In this document: piece by piece, positions 44,306 to 52,189 of the stretch | Layout: every line of letters starts with the position of its first letter | How positions within the stretch are numbered: the first letter of the stretch is position 1 | Assembly (NCBI GenBank): GCA_016927685.1 | Contig: JAFGMD010000012.1 | Coordinates: 23,866-87,865, forward strand | Direction of reading: 5' to 3' | Origin: Candidatus Falkowbacteria bacterium | Lineage (GTDB): Bacteria; Patescibacteriota; Patescibacteriia; CAIXNZ01 | Length of the DNA stretch: 64,000 bases | Notes under the pieces: model-generated | What the model saw: the letters and a program-made list of their open reading frames with translations, nothing else | Databases searched by the model: none | What the model was told of the DNA's origin: nothing | Program-made: the position numbers and the translations under genes

Positions 44306-46888
44306 ATGAAGAAGAAAAAAACAAACAAAAAAATTAAGCGCAAAAAACCGCAACTCAAAACTAAAAAGAAAATTTCCGCGAAAAAACCCATGCGCTCGAA
44401 AAAAAGAACTGTAAAAAAAGCAGTAGAACTTTTATATTCCCCAAAAGAGCTACAAATTAAAGAATCGGAAATAATACAAACAGAGGTTGCCAAACCTCTC
44501 CAAAAAGAAATTATTAAAGAGTTACCCAAGCATACATCAGCACCCTATTTAAGAAAAAATTATATCTCAAGGCATGTTCTCGATTTGAAAAAAATTCAAG
44601 CGGAAAAATATCAACTGCAAAATGAAAGAGAAAAAGACGCGCATGACATCTCGGAAGAGGTTTTAAGAAAAATAACCGGTAAAAAAAACCAAATAGCAAA
44701 AAGGGTAAAGACAATAGTGCATAATATTGAATCGGAAGCAGAAAAATTGCCGAAAATTTCACCAAAAAAATATCCGCAAAAAAAAATAAAACTAAAAATT
44801 AGTTTTCCGAAATTAGATTTGCCTGATATTAATTTGCCAAAAGCTAAAATAAGTTTGCCTTTATATTGGGCTAAAGCGATAATAAGTTTTATAATTATTT
44901 GCCTAATCTTGATTTCTCCATTTTTTGCTTTTGATCAGTATCGTAATCTTCTAGAGAAAAAAAACACGATTTTAGGCAGGACTGCATCAGCATTAACTCA
45001 TCTTTCCCTTTCTGGCGAAGCAGCTTCAGCACATGATTTATACTACACTCAATTTGAATTGCAGACAGCCAGCGAAAATTTTACTGAAGCGGAAAAAGAA
45101 TTGCAAAACATAAATCTGATTATTCAGGGCTTGTTAAAAATTACTCCAAAAATCAGCGATCAGTACAATACTGCTGCAAAATTATTAGATGCCGCAGAAA
45201 AACTTTCTACAAGCGCTGCTAATTTAAGCTTTGCCTTAGAAAATTTTGAATTATTGGATAAAAACAAAAATGAACTTAATTTAACTGAAAAGCTTTCGGC
45301 TCTCAAAGACAGCCTAAACTTAATACTGCCTGATTTAAAAATCGCTAAAAACGATTTATTAGAAATTAATATCAAAGAAATCCCAGTAAATTTTCAGGAT
45401 AAAATTATTATGTTACAGGAAATATTACCTGTTATTGAAAATAATGTTTATCAATTTATAAATTATTCGGACCTTGCCTTGCAAATTCTTGGTCAAGATA
45501 ATCTTAAACGCTATTTAATACTTTTTCAAAATAACAATGAATTGCGTCCGACAGGCGGATTTATTGGCAGTTATGCTTTGGTTGATTTTGACCGCGGCAA
45601 TATTGAAAAAATTAGTATTCCTGGCGGAGGCCCATATGACCTTAAAGCCGGATTAAAAGTTAATATTTCTGCGCCCCGACCGCTGCGCATACTTAATCAG
45701 CGCTGGGAATTTCAGGATGCTAATTGGTTTGCGGACTTACCCACTTCTGCTGATAAATTGATATGGTTTTATGAAAAAAGCGGAGGACCGACAACTGACG
45801 GCATATTTTTTATCAATGCTTCCTTTGTAGAAAAATTATTAAAAATTACAGGGCCAATTGACATGCCGGAATATGGCAAAACAATAAGCACAGAAAATTT
45901 TATAAATGAAATTCAAAAAAGTGTTGAATTTGAATATGATAAAACGATCAATAAACCTAAACAGATCATAGCTGATTTGGCGCCCAAGCTAATAGATAAA
46001 TTAATCCATGCTGATAAAATCACGCTTATTGATCTTGTAGATCTTGTATTTAATGGGTTAAATGAAAAAGAAATTCAGCTATATTTTACAAATTACTCTC
46101 TGGAAAAATTTGTACTAAATAATAATTGGGGAGGCCAAATTAAAAAAACTGATGGTGATTATTTGAATATTGTCAGCACTAATATTGCCGGTGAAAAAAC
46201 TGATGCAAAAATTAGCCAAAAAGTTAATTTAAAAGTTGATATTAAAAAAGACGGTAGTATTATTAATACTTTAACTTTAACAAAAATTCATTCAGGCGAA
46301 AAAAATGAGGCGCTTTACGGGGTGCCCAATGTAGATTATTTGCGAATATATACACCTAAAGGCAGTGAATTTATTAGCGCTTTTGGATTTGATTCTATGG
46401 AAAGCGAACTTTTTGAAAATGTGGATCCAGAAATATTTAAAACAGATGAATTGCTAGTTTCTATTTCTAACACTAAACGCATAGAACCCTTAACACAAAC
46501 TGAAATTTATTATGAGGGGGACAAAACCGTATTTGCAAATTGGATAAAAGTACAGCCAGGTCAAGAAAAAACAATTTCATTAACCTATAAACTGCCTTTT
46601 AAAATAAATCTTTTTAATTTAGACCAACCCAGCAATAATGACCTTATAGAATTTTTAAAATCACAGATAGGCAATGAAAGTGATAATAATAATTTAAGCT
46701 GGTACTCTTTGATTTTGCAAAAACAATCTGGCAAGAATTATGATATTGAAGTGCAAATTAATTTACCTGATACTTTTGATATATATAAAATTTATCCCAA
46801 AGATTTGATTAAAAAAAATAATTATTTTATTTTTTACGAAAACTTAAATGCTGATAAATTATTAGCTATTATTTTTAATAAGAAATAA
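44306..46888 (+). CDS. DUF4012-domain membrane protein with a Lys-rich N-terminus
   Basis: YLILFQNNNELRPTGGFIGSY, QDANWFAD.PTS, LLKITGPI; single TM near aa 190-208. Confidence 0.85.
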   Translation: MKKKKTNKKIKRKKPQLKTKKKISAKKPMRSKKRTVKKAVELLYSPKELQIKESEIIQTEVAKPLQKEIIKELPKHTSAPYLRKNYISRHVLDLKKIQAEKYQLQNEREKDAHDISEEVLRKITGKKNQIAKRVKTIVHNIESEAEKLPKISPKKYPQKKIKLKISFPKLDLPDINLPKAKISLPLYWAKAIISFIIICLILISPFFAFDQYRNLLEKKNTILGRTASALTHLSLSGEAASAHDLYYTQFELQTASENFTEAEKELQNINLIIQGLLKITPKISDQYNTAAKLLDAAEKLSTSAANLSFALENFELLDKNKNELNLTEKLSALKDSLNLILPDLKIAKNDLLEINIKEIPVNFQDKIIMLQEILPVIENNVYQFINYSDLALQILGQDNLKRYLILFQNNNELRPTGGFIGSYALVDFDRGNIEKISIPGGGPYDLKAGLKVNISAPRPLRILNQRWEFQDANWFADLPTSADKLIWFYEKSGGPTTDGIFFINASFVEKLLKITGPIDMPEYGKTISTENFINEIQKSVEFEYDKTINKPKQIIADLAPKLIDKLIHADKITLIDLVDLVFNGLNEKEIQLYFTNYSLEKFVLNNNWGGQIKKTDGDYLNIVSTNIAGEKTDAKISQKVNLKVDIKKDGSIINTLTLTKIHSGEKNEALYGVPNVDYLRIYTPKGSEFISAFGFDSMESELFENVDPEIFKTDELLVSISNTKRIEPLTQTEIYYEGDKTVFANWIKVQPGQEKTISLTYKLPFKINLFNLDQPSNNDLIEFLKSQIGNESDNNNLSWYSLILQKQSGKNYDIEVQINLPDTFDIYKIYPKDLIKKNNYFIFYENLNADKLLAIIFNKK

Positions 46889-46890
46889 TC

Positions 46891-48813
46891 ATGAATGATT
46901 TTGAAAAGAACAAATCAGATTTGGCTAAAGCAAAAGAAATTGACAAAGAATTAAAAAATATTTATAAACAAGGCGGCAAAATGCCTGACATGGGTAAGCT
47001 GGACCATAAGCAAAGAAGTAAATTTTTGGGCTTATTTTTTTTAATTATTACTTTATTATTAATCCTAGGAGTTTCTGTGCTGGGATTTTTTGTTTTTCAG
47101 CAAAAGCCAAAATATACTGGCGATAAAATTAGTTTAGAAATTAAAGCTCCGTTTAATGCCGCTTCCGGCGAAAGAATAAGCTATGAAATAAAAATAACCA
47201 ATGGCGAAGAAATAAGCTTAACTAAGGCAGAGCTTTGCGTTTATTTGCCGCAGGGATTTATTTTTGAAAATTCCAGCCTGATGTCTAAAATTAAAGCTCC
47301 TGAAGGCGAGAACCCCAACCCTAATATTAAGGTCTGGCAGCTGGATGACCTCTACAGCAAACAAATACAATCAATAATAATTACCGGCAAATTGATAGGA
47401 CAAACGAATTCAAAACAACCCATTTCCGCCACATTTAGTTATTTTCCCGCTAATTTTAACTCGGAATTTCAGAAAAATGTTTCCTTTAATACGGATATTG
47501 CCGATTCTTTAGTTGATTTCGAATTAGATTATCCTTCCCAGGCGGCAAACCTGGATGAAATTGTATTTAATTTAAAAATAAAAAATAAATCAGAAGATAC
47601 TGAAATTAGCAATGTGCAAATAGAATTAAATTTTTCTGAAAATTTCACATTAACAGAGAGCCAGGCCATTCAGGGGGACAAAAAAAATCCTATTGTCAAA
47701 GAAAAGCTAGCTGCTCAGGCGAAACAAAAACTATGGGATATTGACAAATTGATGCCAAAAGAGGAATGGCAAATAAAATTCAAGGGTAAATTTGAGGTAA
47801 GTGAAAGTAAAAGTGAGGAATTTAATATAAAATTAAGAGAAAAAGGTTCCGCTGAAGAATATATTGATCAAAAAGAAAAAAATTATAATATTGAAATTAT
47901 TAAGGGCGATTTGTTGACAAATTTGATTATTAATGGTTCCAGCCAAAATAAAGCTTTCAATTTTGGCGACACGCTTAATTGCCTCTTAGTAATTGAAAAT
48001 AAAAGTAAAAAAATATTAGGCGATATTAAGGCCAGGCTAGTTCTTGATTCTACCTTATTGGACCGATCGACACTTTTAGATAATAACAATGGCATGGTCC
48101 AAGACAATCAAATACTTTGGACCAAAGAGCAAATATCACAATTGGGATTTATTATACCAGAAGGTGAAGTAGAAATCCCCCTTCAAATAAAATTAAAAGA
48201 TTTTGATCCGTCCCTAAAATATAAAGAAGAAGATTTAAAAGTGAGAAGTTTTTTTGAAACACAAATCAATAAAATAAATGATAAAGATGTGCAGGTTGCC
48301 GTGCAAAGCAACACTTTAATAAATGAGATAAATACAAATTCCGACTTAAGCGCTGCAATTAGATATTTTGCCGACACAAACGGAACCATCGGGAGCGGTC
48401 CCTTGCCCCCAATTGTTGGACAAACAACAAGTTATAAAGTATTTTTGACTCTTACAAATTCATTGCATGAAATAAATAATATTAAAGTGCAAATAAAATT
48501 ACCAGATTATGTTAATTATGCGGGCAATGAAAATATTTCAGCGGGAAATTTAATATTAGGAGAACAAAACCAGCTAATTTGGCAAATTTCACGCATTCCC
48601 GCCTCAGTAACCAAAACAACTGCAGAATTCGAAATAGCCATAACCCCGATAATATCAGATGCCAATAAAATAATGACTTTAATTAATGAAATAGAACTTT
48701 CAGTAATTGACTCTCAAACCCTTGATTCTATAGAAAAAACAATTACTGGCTTGACTACAAATCTTGAAGCAGATGAACTAGGCAAAAACAAAGGAGTTGT
48801 GCAACTTGAATAA
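46891..48813 (+). CDS. Membrane-anchored multi-Ig (DUF11-like) surface protein
   Basis: N-terminal TM; repeated YEIKITN...W.L..L units; GSGPLPPIVGQTTSY motif. Confidence 0.75.
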   Translation: MNDFEKNKSDLAKAKEIDKELKNIYKQGGKMPDMGKLDHKQRSKFLGLFFLIITLLLILGVSVLGFFVFQQKPKYTGDKISLEIKAPFNAASGERISYEIKITNGEEISLTKAELCVYLPQGFIFENSSLMSKIKAPEGENPNPNIKVWQLDDLYSKQIQSIIITGKLIGQTNSKQPISATFSYFPANFNSEFQKNVSFNTDIADSLVDFELDYPSQAANLDEIVFNLKIKNKSEDTEISNVQIELNFSENFTLTESQAIQGDKKNPIVKEKLAAQAKQKLWDIDKLMPKEEWQIKFKGKFEVSESKSEEFNIKLREKGSAEEYIDQKEKNYNIEIIKGDLLTNLIINGSSQNKAFNFGDTLNCLLVIENKSKKILGDIKARLVLDSTLLDRSTLLDNNNGMVQDNQILWTKEQISQLGFIIPEGEVEIPLQIKLKDFDPSLKYKEEDLKVRSFFETQINKINDKDVQVAVQSNTLINEINTNSDLSAAIRYFADTNGTIGSGPLPPIVGQTTSYKVFLTLTNSLHEINNIKVQIKLPDYVNYAGNENISAGNLILGEQNQLIWQISRIPASVTKTTAEFEIAITPIISDANKIMTLINEIELSVIDSQTLDSIEKTITGLTTNLEADELGKNKGVVQLE

Positions 48814-48854
48814 ATATAAATAAAAAAATCGCCTAGCTTTACTAGGTGATTTTT

Positions 48855-49769
48855 TTATCTAAATATTTTTACTATTTTATATAGTAAGAACCAGGCCTTA
48901 TCTACTGGCAAATCCCAGCTCCCAGCATATTCAATTTCAAACCCTCCAAAACCTTTTTTAAATCTTGTCACGCCTGGCCATTTAGCCTCGTCAATCCCCC
49001 AAAAATCATAATATTTATAGCCTTTATTCTTGGCGATTTTAATCAATTCCCATTGCAAAAAATGCGGTGCCATTAAATTTTTATCATCTGGAGCTGATCC
49101 GCCATACAAATATGTAGCCGTGTCTCCAAAAAAAACAATCATATTGGCACATAAAATCTTGCTTTCGTACTGGGCGAAATATATTTTAGCCAAATGATCT
49201 TGATACAATTTATTATAATAGGTACAATTAAATAATTTTTTTTCTTTCCGTCTAAATGTATCAACCAGCAAATCATAAAATTTTAAAAATTCTTCCTCTC
49301 GACAAATTTGCAGAGTAACTCCTTTTTTTGCCGCTAAACGAATATTATAGCGCCATTTTTGATGCATTTCGTCCAATAATTGCTCTTCGCTTTTGGTCAA
49401 ATCTAGTAATAAAGTTTTATTGGGTTGTGTATTTTTAACCTTTTTAAATCCCAAACTCCCCAAGTTTTGTTTGATTGACTCGATCTTAATAAAAATACAA
49501 CCTTCCTTTTTGGCAAGATCTTTTATGCCTTCAATAATATTTTTATTCAACTCAAAATTTAATCTGGGAATATACAAATAACTCTTATTAAACGGCAAAG
49601 TCATTTTAATTACTAAAATATAAACTCCATCAAAGTCCAGACGCCAAATTTTTCTATTTAATCTCTGTTGAAATTCTCCCCATTCCCATGATTGCAAAAA
49701 TTGGGCCATTTTCTGCGTCCCAATTTTATTATCCCATTCTTCTTTATATGTAATTTCTTTAATTTCCAT
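48855..49769 (-). CDS. FemABX-family peptidoglycan interpeptide-bridge aminoacyltransferase
   Basis: FLQSWEWGEF, KWRYNIRLA.KKGV, ATYLYGGS, LQWE.I..AK..G..YYDFWGI, GVTRFKKGFGG. Confidence 0.92.
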   Translation of the reverse strand: MEIKEITYKEEWDNKIGTQKMAQFLQSWEWGEFQQRLNRKIWRLDFDGVYILVIKMTLPFNKSYLYIPRLNFELNKNIIEGIKDLAKKEGCIFIKIESIKQNLGSLGFKKVKNTQPNKTLLLDLTKSEEQLLDEMHQKWRYNIRLAAKKGVTLQICREEEFLKFYDLLVDTFRRKEKKLFNCTYYNKLYQDHLAKIYFAQYESKILCANMIVFFGDTATYLYGGSAPDDKNLMAPHFLQWELIKIAKNKGYKYYDFWGIDEAKWPGVTRFKKGFGGFEIEYAGSWDLPVDKAWFLLYKIVKIFR

Positions 49770-49770
49770 T

Positions 49771-50349
49771 TTAGTATTTTTTACTTAAAAGTTGTAAAGC
49801 GGCTTTGACCTTTTTCTCAGTACCTTTTATATTTTTATCAATTTGCCTTAGAACATCTCTGGCTTGTTCTGTAGAATATCCTAGGCCGACTAAAGCATCG
49901 ATTACATCGGCATCTTCAGATTGAATTATCTTGCCACTAACTTCGGCCAAGCCTTTATATTTATTTTTTAATTCCAATACAATGCGTTCAGCGGTTTTTT
50001 TGCCAATACCAGAAATCTTTGTCAGAACTGAAGCATCGCCAGAGATTATAGCTGACTCAATTTCATCAATCTTAGCAACAGATAAAGCGTTTAAAGCTGT
50101 CTTTGGCCCAATGCCCGAAACAGAAATCAACTTCTCAAACATAAGCTGTTCTTCGCGACTGGCAAAGCCAAAAAGGTCAATAGCATCTTCTTTCACGTTT
50201 TGATAACAAAAAATTTCAACTTCTTGCGCAACTTTTGCCTTATTTAAAATATTTGCAGTAGTAAAAATTTTATAGCCAATATTATTGACGTTGATCTCTA
50301 TAAAATTCGCGCCTACATATTGAATTTTACCTTTTAAGTATGAAATCAT
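49771..50349 (-). CDS. ruvA: Holliday junction branch migration protein RuvA
   Basis: MISYLKG, LFGF, LISVSGIGPKTAL, GIGKKTAERIVLELK, ALVGLGY. Confidence 0.97.
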   Translation of the reverse strand: MISYLKGKIQYVGANFIEINVNNIGYKIFTTANILNKAKVAQEVEIFCYQNVKEDAIDLFGFASREEQLMFEKLISVSGIGPKTALNALSVAKIDEIESAIISGDASVLTKISGIGKKTAERIVLELKNKYKGLAEVSGKIIQSEDADVIDALVGLGYSTEQARDVLRQIDKNIKGTEKKVKAALQLLSKKY

Positions 50350-51566
50350 ATCTTTTTTCTTAAAATAGTCATAACCGGCACCTCTTTATTAAGTTTAACT
50401 AATATTGCCTTACCTTGTCCACCATGGACTTCTTTGACATTTTTTTTCTTATCTAAATCAAAAATCTCCTTAATTTTTTCAGTAAAGTTATCTTGAAGTG
50501 GTCTAATAAATTCTATTGTCTCGCCCGATCTAATTACATTATGCACCTTGATTTTAGCTTGCCAAGCTTTTTTATTATTTTTTTTACTTTCAATAACTTC
50601 TCCGCAAAATTCTGATTCCGAACGAAAGTGGGTTTTATTATAATTCTGCATTTTTACTTTTTCAGTGTCAAAATAGAAACCCGTCGTAAAATCTCTGTTG
50701 GAAATTTTTTGTAATTCCTTATATAAATTATCAGTCAAACTCTTGTTATTCATATTATCTAGGGCTTGCCTGTAAATTTTAACTGCATTAGCCAAATAAG
50801 CAATACTTTTTGTCCTGCCTTCAATTTTAAAATGCTTAATACCAGCCCTTTCCATTTCTTTCAGATATTTAATCATACAAATGTCTTTTGAGCTTAAAAT
50901 ATATGTACCATGCTGATCTTCTTCGATGGGCATAAATTCACCTGGCCGCGTTTCTTCTTCTAAATGTAATTTATATGACCAACGACATGGGTGAGAACAA
51001 TCGCCCAAATTAGCGCTACGATTGGCCAAATAACTAGATAGAATACAGCGTCCAGAATAGGCCATACACATAGCGCCATGCCCAAAGCCTTCTAATTCTA
51101 ATTGCGGAACTTTTTTATGAATTTCGTTTATTTCTTTTAAATTTAACTCTCTGGCCAAAATAATTCTTTTAATCCCTTGTTTATGCCAAAATTGGGCGGC
51201 TTGCCAATTTGTGCAATTAGCTTGAGTAGATAAATGCAAATCAATGCCTTTTAAATGTTTTTTTGCCAGCATAATGATACCTGGGTCTGAAATAATAACC
51301 GCATCGGGCTTTAACTTATTCAGCAATTTCAAATTTTGTTCTATTGACTTGAGGTGATGGTTATGGGCGTATATATTTACAGTCACATATATTTTCTTAT
51401 TGTGATCGTGGCAATATTTAATCGCTTCTTCTAGTTTTAATGGCGTAAAATCGTTAATTCTAGCGCGCAAGCTTAAAGAGGGCAAACCCAGATAAACTGA
51501 ATCTGCCCCATATTCAATAGCATATTTCATTTTACTAAAATTGCCCGCAGGCGCTAGTAATTCCAT
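50346..51566 (-). CDS. Peptidase U32 family protein (TrhP/YegQ-like tRNA hydroxylation enzyme)
   Basis: ELLAPAG, HLSTQAN, ILAREL, HGAMCMAYSGRC.LS, AN.G.C.HPCRW.Y, KIEGR.KS. Confidence 0.9.
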   Translation of the reverse strand: MELLAPAGNFSKMKYAIEYGADSVYLGLPSLSLRARINDFTPLKLEEAIKYCHDHNKKIYVTVNIYAHNHHLKSIEQNLKLLNKLKPDAVIISDPGIIMLAKKHLKGIDLHLSTQANCTNWQAAQFWHKQGIKRIILARELNLKEINEIHKKVPQLELEGFGHGAMCMAYSGRCILSSYLANRSANLGDCSHPCRWSYKLHLEEETRPGEFMPIEEDQHGTYILSSKDICMIKYLKEMERAGIKHFKIEGRTKSIAYLANAVKIYRQALDNMNNKSLTDNLYKELQKISNRDFTTGFYFDTEKVKMQNYNKTHFRSESEFCGEVIESKKNNKKAWQAKIKVHNVIRSGETIEFIRPLQDNFTEKIKEIFDLDKKKNVKEVHGGQGKAILVKLNKEVPVMTILRKKI

Positions 51567-51629
51567 ATCTTGACAATATTATTATAATACATTAACATTA
51601 AATTATTGATGTTATATAAGGAGGATGGA

Positions 51630-52187
51630 ATGGAAAGCATTATTGGTCCACAAAAGGAAAAGGAGTTATCAAAAAAGAAAATGTGTACTGTCTTGGGTAT
51701 CTATCTTTCGGGAAGTTCAAAGGGTCTTGAGGTTTTGCTGGTTAATGAAATCAATAAAGATGATAAATTCAGATTGCCAGGAGGGGCGGTTCTTCTTAAG
51801 GGTGGGGCTCACAGACAAAGGAAGCGTGAAAATCATAACTTACGTAAGTATGTTTATTTACAGGCCGAATTTAACATTGAAATATTAAAACCTATTGGCA
51901 TACGCACCTTTGCTCTCTATACCTACGACAATGAAATTATCAAGGTCTATCTGATAACGCACAGTCAAAAAATTATAAGTTCAAGCTGGCACAAGAATCA
52001 TCCAAACTACCGAGCCAGATTAGTGCTTATAGATGAAATACTTAATGGCAAGTGTTACTTGCGGATTGATCAGATTACCAAAATAATATTAACTGATTTC
52101 TTGAGGAGAATCAATAAAAAAAGAAAGACAAACAGACACAACCACCTCGTTCCTGTCAGCGAAATTAAATTAAGAGCCATAGCTTAA
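51630..52187 (+). CDS. Nudix-fold-like basic protein with a degenerate Nudix box
   Basis: EVLLV...FRLPGGAV followed by no REUXEE glutamates; start re-called to MESIIG (AAGGAGG SD). Confidence 0.6.
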   Translation: MESIIGPQKEKELSKKKMCTVLGIYLSGSSKGLEVLLVNEINKDDKFRLPGGAVLLKGGAHRQRKRENHNLRKYVYLQAEFNIEILKPIGIRTFALYTYDNEIIKVYLITHSQKIISSSWHKNHPNYRARLVLIDEILNGKCYLRIDQITKIILTDFLRRINKKRKTNRHNHLVPVSEIKLRAIA

Positions 52188-52189
52188 TG

